Notes: generated by a model not told the origin, from the sequence alone. A stretch of DNA of 63,882 bases, filler included, from Platydemus manokwari (GCA_037951405.1; 5 parts of 5 records of this genome joined end to end with filler, not necessarily neighbours in it); one strand, 5' to 3'. Shown: positions 41,400 to 54,860, counted from the whole stretch's first letter. Program-made: numbers and translations.

Positions 41400-42740
41400 T
41401 TATTAAAGACTCCAAAGAACATAAAAATAACCCAATGTCTGTTTAAAATATTCAGAAGGCAAATTGGAGTGATGGATTCGAAACAATTTTACATGATTTT
41501 GACAACCAAAATTTTCGTTTATCTTTCATTAGTGATTCATATTTATCTTGAATTACCTTCGTTACGAATTTGATGGCCTCACATTTCAAATTTCCACTTT
41601 CAAATTGGATTGAATGGTATTGATTTTAATGCTTAATTAGTGGACCTTTTCACGGTGCGACGAGATATCATCAGAATTACCTTGTATATTGATAAAAAGC
41701 GAGTTGACTTTATAAATCATATCAGGTGAAATGGTTTCATTAATGAAGTCTTTGACGTTTCAGAGCATTTTAATTTAATTAACATTAATTTGTATTAGTT
41801 TTGAAATTCTTCAATTAGATGATTACTGATAAACTCATTCCAAATCAATAGCTTTTACGTCATTTAAGTCAGTAATCAGTATATGTGATGTAATTATGGC
41901 ACAATTCATGATAAAGTTTCTTGCAAAATCTTCCGCCCGGGTGTTTTTTTCTTATTAATATTCCTTTTAAGAGTCAACTAATTCATATGAAATATAAAAT
42001 TAACTAATTTATGTTATTTATGACGATTAGAATATTGATTTGAGATCCTCATGATGTTTACTCATATCAGCAAGACTAAATTATTTTTAATCAAAGTACA
42101 AATCCGCGCAAGATGCCGAAACTATATTATATTGAAATCTATTTGGTGATGAATTGGAATAGATCACATCATGTAAAAAGAAAATATCCTCTGGAAATTT
42201 TTCAGACTCCTTTGGCTGTACAATCAGATTACTTACAGAACTTTCGACATCATCCTTGGATTCCGAAAAAATGATTTCACCTACACTTGTAAATCTTTGA
42301 AAAAGATCGACAGTTTTATTTTTAGATAATGGCTTATTTTTAGCACTATTGTTAATAATTTCATTTTTATTCGACAGGAGATCAAGATACGCAAACTTAC
42401 GCTCTTGGAATTTTATTTTTGAATTTATCAAAAAGTCAGGTAATTTATTTCTAGCAGTCAATTAATCAATTATTTTGTAGATTTTATTACAATTGATTTC
42501 AGGATTATCGATAAAGATAGTTTCAGAAAATTCGACGTTAAATTTCAAAGGAACTTTATAATAGTTTTCGGAACATCAACAAATTGTGGTTCATTTAGGT
42601 TTAAATTAATAAATTATCCACATAATCAACTGAGCTTGATTGTAAGTTTTCTTATTAAAAGTTTGATAATTCCGCCGATTCTTAACATCTCAAAACAACT
42701 TAAAAAATTTTTCTTCTCGTGACTGGTCGAAACTAAACAA
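41400..42740 (-). pseudogene. Decayed multi-exon gene, includes ORF 42087-42461
   Basis: About 120 open codons (NKLPDFLINSKIKF...ADLYFD) flanked by exon-like segments with many stops and frameshifts; has a PFNPI motif also seen near 54230. Confidence 0.45.
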
Positions 42741-43059
42741 TTTGAAAACTATTACGTTACGTAATAAAGCATACAATAGCAATTTTGAGCCAAACAAACA
42801 CTATGGAAACGCTAAACAAAACGAATCCTCAAGTGATGAATTGTTTTGCTGTTCATTAGTTCATATTTCGCAAAATTAATGATTAACGGAGCCAGTCTCA
42901 GTGAGATAAGTTTCAACCCCACATAACTGGCATCATGTCAAAAGGTTTTTTTCAAATTAAACTATATAGGCGTAGACTTAGAACCATCAATGAAAAACGC
43001 AAACAAAACATTTCACAAGACTCGATTAAGCACTTAATTGTGATTGATCGTTCACTATA

Positions 43060-43750
43060 GAAAACCATGATGACTATATCGAATTCACATACAGACACAT
43101 GATGGCCTTGTATACAAAAGAATTTCAATTTCTAGCACGCTATTCTTTTGTTGGAAGAACCTTGAAATCTACAAGGTATAAGATATACTGAAATTTCAGG
43201 AAATGCTGGATTTCGCTAAAGATATTTGTAACAAAAGGCTTAATTCAGTGGTTGGACCCTAGATGTAATTATTTGGATTATGAAAAAACAATATTTCGCA
43301 ATAATTTAAATAGAAATATCACCATTAGATTAAATGTATAGTAAATACTGTGAATTCGTTCGCAGTGTCTGCACAATAAAATCATTAAGTACCCCATACT
43401 TGGATGGATTCAATGAGGAAAATAGTGATAAAAAGGATATGAAACCGAGTACACTGTTTAGTTACGGCACTACTTCAGTCTTTGAAATAGCTACCCAATA
43501 TACAAATATCACTTTTTGCTCATCAAAAAAACTTTGAAATACATTTCAAGGTAAAACAGGGTATTGTTTCTGAAATTATCGCGTTTTGCCATATATGGTG
43601 TTGTGCTCCATGGATTAAAGTAATAATACTTCACTTTGCACTTTGGCGAAGGCCTCTATTGGCTTTATTTGGTTAATGACCAAACATTTGTCATTTATTT
43701 GGATGAAATCGATTTGAATCTTCATAACTATTTGTCAGATCATCTGGTAA
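43060..43750 (+). pseudogene. Decayed gene, weakly like an ANF-receptor (periplasmic-binding) ectodomain
   Basis: Exon-like blocks EMLDFAKDICNKRLNSVVGP* and STLFSYGTTSVFEIATQYTNITF recall the C...V..iiGP and ISYgsTS....Y..F motifs; in-frame stops. Confidence 0.3.
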
Positions 43751-44326
43751 AAGAGTTTTAAAACAATACAAATGATTTATATATACTGATATTTCCAAGA
43801 TTTCATATATTTAAGGCATATCTCTTATTTTATTTTATTTTAGAAATGAGATCACATTGTGTCACCAAATATTTTATAACTTGAGCTATCTTAATTTCGA
43901 CAATAATATCTTACTTTACTAAATAGTAGTAGACACTCCGAGATTTTCCTTTAGATGGTAACAGTATAAGTTGTTTGTCTCTTTCGAGTAGAGTACTTTT
44001 GTTACTAAAGATGAAGAATCAGTATTTCAATTTGGGAACAAAAATATATAGAACTGTTAGATTACTATATGGCTGAAATGTGAAAATCAATATTTTATCA
44101 GAACAAATAAATCAAAACCAACACTCAAATAAATTAATATCACATAAATTTCAAAGTTTCCAAGTCCAAGGCCAAAGAAATATCACAATTAAATTGGAAT
44201 CGGTGGCCAAAAGATAAGTAGAATACAGAAAGATTACCGAAAATAAGAAAACTGACAACTGATTTGCCAAGAGCCAGTTTGTTTTATAGTCTTAATTTCT
44301 CTGTGTTAATCAATATCGAGGTTTAC

Positions 44327-44790
44327 TTGTTGAAACATCTTAGATATTACTAAAGAAGTTTGTTTGGAAACTTCCCTTTTGCTTTCGATGTCATTGGGAC
44401 AATATGAGCATTTTGTCCTTTTTGTTGCTATATATTGATGGGAAGTTGATGTCAGATCAAAGTATGTTAATTTTGAAGGCTCTGGTTGCTTATTAAGATA
44501 GCTTGATCTACCTAACTGTGTGTATACCACTGGTTGTGTTACTTTCGTAATTTTGAATTATTTCCGAAACACTCAATCGTAGTGTAGTAACTCAGAAGCG
44601 TCACCTAGAAAATATAATTCGAGAAAACAATATTCAAAACTTGACATAGCACCTTGAATATAATAATCGTTTTTCATCAGTATCATGTGATCTCTCTAAA
44701 ATAACTGTCATTGAAATAAAATAAATTTATCGAAACAGAAAAGAGAGTTCACTTGGACTGCTCAATCTCTATCCACAAGGCTGTCAAACT
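44327..44790 (-). pseudogene. Three-exon pseudogene, frame kept, four stops
   Basis: FDSLVDRD*AVQ|LF*RDHMILMKNDYYIQ|GDASELLHYD*VFRK*FKITKVTQPVVYTQLGRSS...KCSYCPND...KMFQQ| with two intact GT-AG introns of about 48 nt. Confidence 0.55.
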
Positions 44791-45209
44791 AGTTCAAGAA
44801 CGAATATTGGTCAATGTAAATATGAATGAAATATACGATATAAATAGTTATGAGATTTTATAAATACAATCTCGTATTGTTCGATATTTTAGTGAAATAA
44901 TTGGCATATACAGATTCTGAATCGCGAATGTCAATGATCTTCTATCTACTGAATTGTAATCATGGTATTAGTCATTGTCATGTTTTCTCTATGGTATACC
45001 GTGTAATGATTCTATATATAACAATTTTGCATGAAATAATTGTGACTGCCATCCTATATAGGCATTGATGAGTCACTGGAAGAAATTCTCTACTATTATT
45101 ATTCAATGCACTGCATTTTAATTCTCTGCAATTTCATTTAATGCATGATTATTATATTCTGCTATTATTTCTTGCTTGTGATAATAAGTGACATTTTATT
45201 TATCATTGC

Positions 45210-45535
45210 TGCTGCGCGATAATATGTGATGAGTTATTCGATAATATTCTTTAGGAGTAAATTTATTATAGGGGACATTTTCAATGGTTTCCTCAAATAT
45301 TATTAAGTTATATTATTTTGATAAATATTATAAATATCCAATATTAAATATGATTCAATAAAATGATTTTACCACTGCCTTTCAAGAATTGATATGGTTT
45401 TCGCATTATAAAAATCAATACAAGTCAAAATAAAGTCTAATAGGATATATAAAATAATGCTACAGGTATACACTAAGTTTTTAAGTAGATCACAAAGAAT
45501 TCTACATCTTTTATCACGAAATAATGCCAAAACCC
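45210..45535. repeat. Dispersed diverged repeat, paired with 54870-55270
   Basis: Collinear shared words: GCG.GATAAT, ATATTATTAA.TTATATTAT, TAAATATTATAAATAT, CAAGAATTGATAT, AGTCAAA, AGATCA, TTTATCA. Confidence 0.45.
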
Positions 45536-47105
45536 CAACACGATTGCTAAAGTGTGTATGTCAAGCCATATGTTGGATTCCAAAAGAATCAAACGTTGCA
45601 CGATATTTATTTATAAAGCACCGTAGCACTCTTGTTCATAATAAAAAGCAATTATTCATAATACTAATTGGCTTCCAAAGAGCATAACTGATATAGAATA
45701 ACAACACAAAACTTAGCTTCGAACTGGCAGTTGCACATCTTTACCTCTGTATTTATACTTGGGATTTGTGTGTATTTTTTATCACTTTAGTATAACATTT
45801 TGATTTGGTTCTTAATTTTTCAAGCTCTTATTAAATTTATTATTTAATATGATTTAAATTTATGATTTCATATGTTCGAAAATGGTCAATCCCTATGAAT
45901 GTGATGTTGTTTGGCTATATCCCATTTATGAATTGTAATTTTCTATTTAAGTCAGCTGTGATTGGTTGATTGCTATTCCTCTATGGCTGGGTAGGCTCGG
46001 AGTTGAAAATCCGATGTTCTTTCGTAGAATATAATCTCAGTCAACAAAATATTTAAAAATCAAGTTTTCCCGTTCATGTCGTATTTAAAGAAACCCTATA
46101 ACTGGTAAACAGGTATGATTATACAATTCAAAAGTTTCCAAAATGTCTATCTATATCAAAAAGTGATAAAAATCAATGAGAAAAATCTTCTTCCAGGCAT
46201 TTGTGAAATCTAAACATACCCATGATATTGGAAAGGCGTTTTTGTCAGAAAAAAGAATTGGCATTAAGTGAAAATAAAATTAAGCAAAAAAATTATTTTA
46301 AAAATCTATTCTTAGTGATTACTCAAGTAACTTAAAACAGTAGGATGTTACTAAATTTAGACATGGTACATTAAAATTTGCTAAAATTAGCAACAAATAG
46401 GGACCAAGAATTTAAAAATTAATATGACGAATTCAGTAAGCTAGTACTTCATTTCAAGCGCTAAAAATATTAAATCATTTCTTACTTTCAAAGCGAAATT
46501 ATCGACGACTATTTATCAAACGGGTCATACTCTACGAATTTATGGTACGAAAAGTATAATGAGTAATGAGTATTTATTATTATGCACCCATAGCTATCTC
46601 TATGAGATTTGTATCTCTTTCGTACTGTGAAATCTGATTTATCTTATTTAATACAGTTTATTTTATCGTATTATTTTATTGATTATGGATTATAATTCAT
46701 ATTTTCGAGGATGGTTAATTAATCCTTATATAGAGAGTTCGAACACTTCCTACATATCTGAGAAGAGCACATTCTGTTAGAAATAAAATCGAAACCATTA
46801 TTCGTAATTATCATTCTAAAATTCGTCTACTGCTGTTTCAATTGCTATCAAATAACACCAAAATTTTAATTCAATTTGATTTATCTCTATAAAACCCCAA
46901 CACATTCAATTAAAATTTACTTTAAATGATTCCGGAAAAAGTGGAAGTACGGTTTTGAAGCTCCGCAATTTGGTCAGATTAATACTTAATGATGTATTTC
47001 TCATTTAATCAAGATTCTGTCTTCAGAAATTAGTAATTCTTGAGTTAAATACATCCAATAGAAAAACATTGGATCGAATTAATATTATTTTCGAGAATGA
47101 AAAAT

Positions 47106-47440
47106 TGTTAGGATCCCCACCTAGCACATGATCCCCATTTAGTTTTGTATTCCGAAAAATAACCAAAACTGTATTTACATTCCAAAAATAAAACTAAACC
47201 TAAAATTGTACAAACATCCCAAAAATATAAATTATATTGTAAAAATTTAACCAAATCCAAATTTTAAAAACATTTCCCTTTACCATAACTATGTAACCCA
47301 GTTAGGATTCCCATATGTATTATTCCTATAAAATATGCGCCATAGGACACCCTTGAGTATGGATTAAACTGTCAACAACCCAACTACAGAGAAGGAATAA
47401 AAATGCTGACAACAATTCGCCTCGGACATCAAAATCAACA
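47106..47440 (+). mobile_element. Solo LTR, 335 bp
   Basis: TGTT...AACA ends; TATA box CCTATAAAA then AATAAA; near-perfect 5-bp TSD AAAAT/ATAAT. Confidence 0.55.
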
Positions 47441-47638
47441 ATAATCGTTATAAACTTTGGATAGTGAATCAAGACAATCGATATGTTTCTTGATAATAAC
47501 AATTGATATGCTTCTTGACAATATCTTATGTGTTGATATTTATATTTTAACAATATTGTGTTTTATGTGTTTCAATTCGATATTGATATTTATTTGTGTG
47601 AAAATTTGATAATATTTTATTTTTACTTTTTATTTTTT

Positions 47639-48086
47639 TGTGAAAATCTGGCAGAGGATTAAAAACACGGAAAGATTAAAATAAATAAATAATAAAGATA
47701 ATTAATATAATAAAGATAATTAATAATATAGGAACTGAAAGAAAAGGGAAATAATAATAATAAACAAAGAGTTTAGTAAATAACAATAATCAATAATAAA
47801 AAATATTTAAATAACGAAAAAATAAGAACTTTTAACCGTGAGAACCAAGTACTTGAAAGCGCATAAAGCGTAACAACAAAACTTGTTCAAAAGCATCGGC
47901 ATGAAGAGCCGTATATGTGGGCGTCATGATCAGGCAGTATAAATAACAACTGCTGATCGTGACAAAACACACTCCAAAAAAAACACTACTAGAAAAGTGC
48001 GACTGTGATCAAGAAAATCAATAAAAGCATAGCAGAGAAACTAGAAGCTATTAAACAAGTAATCCGGTGGGTCGAAGATAACAACA
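47639..48086 (+). mobile_element. Solo-LTR-like element
   Basis: TG...ACA ends; TATAAATA then AATAAA; no TSD. Confidence 0.4.
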
Positions 48087-48097
48087 GCAATTAATCA

Positions 48098-48197
48098 NNN
48101 NNNNNNNNNNNNNNNNNNNNNNNNNNNNNNNNNNNNNNNNNTTAATTAATTAANNNNNNNNNNNNNNNNNNNNNNNNNNNNNNNNNNNNNNNNNNNN
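48098..48197. other. Artificial scaffold linker
   Basis: N44-TTAATTAATTAA-N44. Confidence 0.95.
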
Positions 48198-48489
48198 TTG
48201 TACAAGATTTTCTTTAATAAACACTCAATTGTTCTAAAAAAATTCCGGTTTTTAAGTTATAGACCCAGTATATATACATATATATATATATATATATAAT
48301 TTAAAATATTTTTATAATTCATTTTTAAAATATTATTAAGGTTATTAAAATTTTTATAAAATTAGTTCCTTTAAATTTTCCTCACAGACATTATGAACGT
48401 GGATCAACATGTTAGTTCAGTTGTTATAAGTGTGATGTGTTATGCTGAGTTGGGTAAGGCCCTATGTCAGGATTTTTAAATGATGATGA

Positions 48490-48617
48490 TGATTTTTAAA
48501 AATGTTTATATTTTGTAATTAGAATTATTTATTTAAATTGCAGTTGCAATATAATTTGCTTTGTGACTTTTCAGTTCTTTTTCGATAGGGTGCTTTATTA
48601 AATAGTTACGGCTTACA
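48490..48617 (-). mobile_element. Family A LTR-like repeat, 5' part
   Basis: Reverse complement TGTAAGCCGTAACTATTTAATAAAGC...AAGAACTGAAAAGTCAC. Confidence 0.6.
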
Positions 48618-49014
48618 TATTGTATATTGTTCTGAACTATGATAAATTGTTTATAACTGATCTATATCACATCGATTATTCCGCGTCAGGTGGTATCAGT
48701 TATTCCACAGTGTAAAACTTATTTCCATCTATCAAAATCTATTAATTATTTATTTATTTTGTTTTTTGTAAAAATTTTCCTTTTAATTTATATATTCTCT
48801 AATTGTTAAATCATTCATCGGAAATTGTCAGTGAGTTTTCAAAACTTCAGTTAAAGATATTCAGTCAGTTCAATTACAATTCATCTTCTAGACAATATCC
48901 ACCTGATTTTTAGGAAATAACTGGGAAAGAAATTCAATATTTAAACCCTTAATGGATATTCGTTCTTTGTAAAAAAAACTAAAACGATTTACTGCATTAG
49001 CAACTAATTCATTT

Positions 49015-49580
49015 TTTTGAGGAAGAAACTAAGTTCATGAATTCAAAACAATTTATTTAAAATAATTTTTCAAATTGTAACATAGCTCCGTGAACTTCTT
49101 CGATAAATTAAAATGTGATTTGAAATGAAATATTTACAATTCGTATCCAGATATTCAATAATTGTGCAATTATAGATATAATCTATTTGGACATGAATTT
49201 ATTTGAAAAATCTTATATAATGACAGCTATATTTATATTTAAAATGTTATAAAAGCATAAATAGATTTATAAAATATAATTTAATAAACTGAATTACGAT
49301 GGGACAGGTTTTTTTTTAAAAAATTAAAAATTGTTATCACGGAGTTCTTACTTAATTTGAAAATAAGCATGATTGTACTGACAAAACAGTCTGGGGATTA
49401 AATTCTCTAAACACAGAATTTATTTACGTATACACTACATATTATATGCAAATATATGGAAAATGTCTTATAGAAAATTAATCTACTATCGAAATACAGA
49501 AGCAAGAACACTTTACTAGTTCTAACAATTGTTATTAATCTAAATCTAGAACAACAACAAATATTTTTCTGATTTAATGC
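49015..49580 (+). repeat. Local segmental duplication, copy 1 (copy 2 at 51265-51910)
   Basis: Long near-identical block (CATAGCTCCGTGAACTTCTTCGATAAATTAAAATG...) followed by a diverged coding-like part. Confidence 0.9.
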
Positions 49581-50397
49581 ATGTTGATATCTATTTATAA
49601 AATGTTATTCACTACAACAATACAATAAAACCCAATTAACTTATATTTATTCGTGGATGGGCTTCCAATAATTTTTGCAACAACTACACCAATGAATCAT
49701 TCTTAGAAATTATCGACGATTATTAAACAATGCCATGCATGAATATTTTAAGTCTATGAGAAATATTCTCAAGAATTTAATTTAATATATTGCAAAAAAT
49801 TATCTGTGGTTAGATTTATTCAGCATAGTAATTTTATCGATTTATTAAGCGCGATAAGTGGCAATTTGACTAAAAATCAAGTGGTTTTAGTTTATTAGAA
49901 CATTGTTTTAATGGATAAGTTTATTATGGGACATTCAATGGATTCCGCTTATTAATGTGAATGTAGGATAAGTTATACGGATTCAATTTATATTATATTT
50001 CTATTCTAGCAACCGCAAAGTTTCCAAAAATTACATGAAAATATTCAATGTTAGTTTAATGAAAAAATATTTTTATAAATGCCTTTGTATTTTAATACAC
50101 TGATCACAAATCGATACACGACTATTGTCAGATTATTGTCTTTAAAATTGTTGATAGCCTAAAATCCAGTCATGAGCATTGTGTACGTTTTGTTAGCCAA
50201 TTTATTTATGGTTTACCCTCAATTTATTTATACATTATAAATTTTCTTTTTATAATATTCGATCACTCACTAACTGGATCCGTTCACTCGCCTTCCCTAT
50301 CAAGCGCGAGTGAGCAATAATCACTAAATATCAATTAATATAAGGAATTCAATTTTCCCATAAATTGAAAATATGTCGCCAAACACTGTTGTATATA

Positions 50398-50967
50398 CCG
50401 TGTTTTTCCTATCATAAGCGATATCCTGAATATAAGAGGCAGCGTGTTTTTTTGCTTGTAAAAAAATAAACGGCCCTCCGAATATAAGCCGTAGTAAATA
50501 TAATTACTATATAAATTAAAACTATAAATATGCAATCATTATGCATGCATACATATCAATAAAGAATGCCTGTGATAAAATTAATAATAACTGTGTCAAA
50601 AACCTTTGAAGGCTGCCTATCTGGACAAGTCGGCTTCATTCGAAGAAAGCTTCATAGAAACAAATCAGAGATTAGGACCACTTATCAAAGTTAAACTTAA
50701 TTCACAGGAATTAATTAAGAATGTTAAAAATCTTGTTTTTCTTGAAGATGTTGCAGAAGAGGACGATTTATCTGTGTTTGATTAGAATACTTTTTTAAAG
50801 TATCTTTTAAGTATCTTTTTTAAACATTTTAAATATTATAAAAAAAAATTTTATGATTTTTTAAGAAATCGGTACAAAAAATATAAATGGTTCTCCAAAT
50901 ATAAGTGGTGCCCCACTTTTTTCGTCGGAAAATTATATAAGGAGCCGCTTATAATAGGAAAACACGG
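50398..50967. mobile_element. pogo/Tigger-like (Tc1/mariner superfamily) deleted element, 570 bp
   Basis: TIR CCGTGTTTTTCCTATCATAAGCG / CGCTTATAATAGGAAAACACGG; TA on both flanks; repeated ATATAAG subterminal motifs; internal acidic C-terminus-like remnant ending EEDDLSVFD*. Confidence 0.9.
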
Positions 50968-51264
50968 TAGCTAGATTACAATCATAAAATTCTCCATTCG
51001 ATTTTCTATAATGTGTTACTTAATTTATCGAAATCTGTTGGTTTGATCATAATTTCATAAATATTACATGTGGTGTTTCAAAACCATTTTCCCATTGCTA
51101 ATAACAACCTATTTTCAATAAATTCAAATACATAAATTCATCAAATTATTATAATTGCTTGGAAATATATCGGGCAGAATAGTAAAACAAAACCGATTTT
51201 CAATATTCGGATATGACAAATTGATAAACATTGCAACAAGAAAATCTATTGTGGTTTACTTTTG

Positions 51265-51910
51265 CTGATGAAGAAATAAATGTCAAGAATTCCAAACAAT
51301 TTATTTAAAATAATTTTTCAAATTGTCACATAGCTCCGTGAACTTCTTCGATAAATTAAAATGGGACTTGAAATGAAATATTTACAATTCGTATCTAGAT
51401 ATTCGATAATTGTGCAATTATAGATATAATCTATTTGGACATGAATTTATTGGAAAAATCTTATATAATGACAACTATATTTATATTTAAATTGTTATAA
51501 AAATATATAAATAATTTTTTAAAATATAAATTAGATAAACTTTATAATGATGAGAGTGGTGTTTTCATCAGATAAATATTGGTATCACGGAGAATATACT
51601 TTTTATGAAGACAATAATGCTTGTACTGACAAAACCGTCTTTAGATTCATTTCTCAAAATATAATGCTCATTTACAACTCACTTTATATCATATACAAAT
51701 ATGTGCAAATATGCAAAAATAGATGGAATTATAATTTTAAAATTAGAATTATTTGTTTAAATATTTGGATTTAAATAGGTTTATTGTGTCTTGACTTTTC
51801 AGTTCGTTTTTAATGTGTGGGTTTTAAAATAGTAGCGGCTAACAACTAGTTCTGAGGATTGTTATAAATCTAAATCTAGAACAACAACAAATATTGTTTT
51901 AATATAATGC
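51265..51910 (+). repeat. Local segmental duplication, copy 2
   Basis: Matches 49015-49580; interrupted at about 51722-51844. Confidence 0.9.
51722..51844 (-). mobile_element. Family A repeat inserted in duplication copy 2
   Basis: Reverse complement begins TGTTAGCCGCTACTATTTTAAAACCC; absent from copy 1. Confidence 0.75.
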
Positions 51911-54067
51911 GTAACGCTCATACTAAGGAATATTCAAAAATATTGCCATGAACTAAAAATAAAATAATTAAACACGTGACCGTCTTCCAATTAAGGTCCA
52001 GATCGTAGTTTTAGCCACTAGATTCGCATGAGCTTGATAGCATTCGAAAATTGAGTCTCTGACTTCAGCTCTTTGAGTTTTAGATTTACTGTTGGAATCA
52101 GTCTATACTAATACATTCTCCCCATCTTTGCATTCTCGGTGTCTTCTTTGACCGGATACATTTTATTAGCCACTTATTTAAAATCGTTGTACACCATTTC
52201 CTTCATGATGTCTTTCGATATATTTTTAGACACTTTCCTAGAGAAAACAGCCTTATTGTCCCAAAGCCACTTTATGAAATGTATTATAAACGTTGTCCAT
52301 ATATGCAATATTGGCTACAATTTTCTCTAGGAATTCTAAACTATGTCGCTTTAGTAATGCTTTTTTCGCTCTGCTTTGATCAATATACCATTTGAAAGTT
52401 TTTTAAAACTTTCTATATAGTTACGAACATGATAGCTCAATAGACATTGTCCTGTATATATAGAATATCTTCTTGATTACTAAGATCTATAGCTCTTTAC
52501 ATACAAACTCGGCGAACTGTAGAGCCTATTGAGATTATCACAGTAGTTTCGTTATCTTTTACTATTACTAGAATATATGCCGCTACTTTCAGGTAATCTT
52601 TGAATTTTTTGTAAAAGCTTGGTGATATAAAATCTATTTTCTTACGTAATCACTTCTATCTTCAATAAGTCCGAAACAAATTCGTCCATTTTTTTCACCA
52701 GGCTCATCAGTTGTCTGCTCTGAATTTTTATATATGAAATTTCCAGTAGTTTCTATCTCGTGAAACACTGACATCATTATTTCCAAATTTTGACATCATA
52801 GGCACCAGAGCAAATTGGTTTATTGATTTACCAAACTCGTTAACTTTATCCTAACGGAATGCTTAAAATACGTTCCTAATGTGGTCATCATCCGAAAATT
52901 ATCCTTTTACGTCCGATAAGTCAATTTTGTTGACCTTTTTAGTTGAGTTCCGTATAAATTTATCATTTCTATGAATCCAATAAATGAGGAAAAATATCTT
53001 CTACGGTGATAATGTTTAAGGTGAACTATTAGACATACAGATAACAAGAAATTCCAATATAATTAGTGAAACACGAAACTTGTACAAATGTGCTTCCGAT
53101 AAATTTCGAATGAAAATTATGAGAACTCCTACAATTGTAAAAATGAAAAATTAAACCAAAAGTTTACAATGTAATAACATTTTATCACTGCTATATCGAA
53201 TAACGTCTTATCAATAGATCTTACTACTAAAAAATTTGTTCACCATTCTCCAGAAGAATTAGAATTAACTGTAATACTATATGTAATATATTTTTCACAT
53301 TCAAATAATCCAGTCACTACAGAAATGTGTTCATCCGAGTGCTTAGAGATAATGGTGATCAAAATTTATGGTTTCGGTTTAAAAGGAAATGTATCATGAC
53401 TGAAAATATCAACCCCCACAATTTTTCAATGTTCAATAAACTCCATGCTTATGGATGTCGATGATGCAATGATGTTAATTAATCATATTATAATTTATCC
53501 AAAGATTTCTGCAAGCACTTCTTGATTTGAAAATTGTATTCAAAAAATTAAAACTTGAAATCGTAACTCTTAAATGCGATTAAGTCCAACTGAATTTATA
53601 TTTATTGACCATACTATTTCATAAAAAGACTAAAAGCCAAATCCTACTTGAATGGGCAGACTACAAATTTTTAGCTACCAAAACCGTTGATGAAGCTAGT
53701 TCCTAACACGGACTTCCTAACGATCATAGAAAATTTAAATAAAATTTCTAACGAGTTAAATTATAAACGTGTAAAGGAAAAATTATAAAAACTACAAAAA
53801 GCTTTAAAATTATTAAAAGAAAAATTCACCATATATTCACCATACGAAAATGTAAGATGCACTTTGTGGAACACATTGATACACGAAAAATAAAAAGTAA
53901 CTTTCAATTCAATCTTAAAAGACTACTTTTCTCAATAATTCATCATCACATAAAGCTTCTTGCATACGTATTGTAGAAAAAATTTCAGAAAATATTTATA
54001 TTCTTCCAAAGAAAAAACCAACAAAGATTAACAAACAAAATAAAAAATTATAAAAAAATTCTTTTAC

Positions 54068-54860
54068 ATGTCTGAAAAATGGTCGAAGATTCTTGTTTGT
54101 GCTCATCTTCCATTATTTTTATGATTCAGAAATGTGAGTAATTTTCTAGATTTATAAACCAATTGTTCATAAGACAGTCTTCGTGTCTCTTCGGTTTCCA
54201 AAACATGGATCCGATTGGATTGAAAGGTAATTGTTCATTCTTTGGATTTCTAATCAGAGATGGTACGCTACTAAATATCGGAAAATTATCATTAATTATG
54301 TAATAGCCGCAATTCTAATCCAATTTGATGTCAAGGTTAATTATCAATCGATTTTATTATAAAAAAGAAATTCCCTGTTATTAAATTTTTGTTAAGAAAT
54401 TTAACAATTTAATCCGATAAAATAAACAAAAATATTCACAAGAATGTAAAATCAATATTAAATATTAACAAATGGTCAAATATTGGGATTTGCATATTTT
54501 GATCAAAAGAATGCTGATATTTCAGAGCAGTTTATATAAGAAGTTAAATTGAAGCAGTACTTTGAATCTTCTGTTGATCAATAAGCGTCTAAATCGCCCC
54601 TTCAACTGTTTTCCCCATGTTTTCCACAGACGGTTGATTATGTGAGTTTCTATCGGTTTCTTCGGCTTCTTGAATTCTATATCTGCTGTTTGATTTGTAT
54701 TTTGTTATTGTGTTTGTATTGTTGTTTGTCTTGTGATGTTCTCACCTATGCTAACTTGTACTTCCATGCACCATATAAGTTGATGGTAATGAGAATCTTC
54801 TCATCTTCGCTCTCCTCACTACCTGAGTGGAGAACTATCCACTCTATGGTTTCCCGACAT
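54068..54860 (-). pseudogene. Decayed multi-exon gene
   Basis: GT-AG bounded blocks such as ADIEFKKPKKPIETHIINRLWKTWGKQLKGRF and SVPSLIRNPKNEQLPFNPIGSMFWKPKRHEDCLMNNWF...F*. Confidence 0.4.

Noticed and set aside
51960-52950. Possible non-LTR retrotransposon relic on the minus strand (IIHFIKWLWDNKAVF)
   Set aside because: Too degraded; no RT or endonuclease motif recognised
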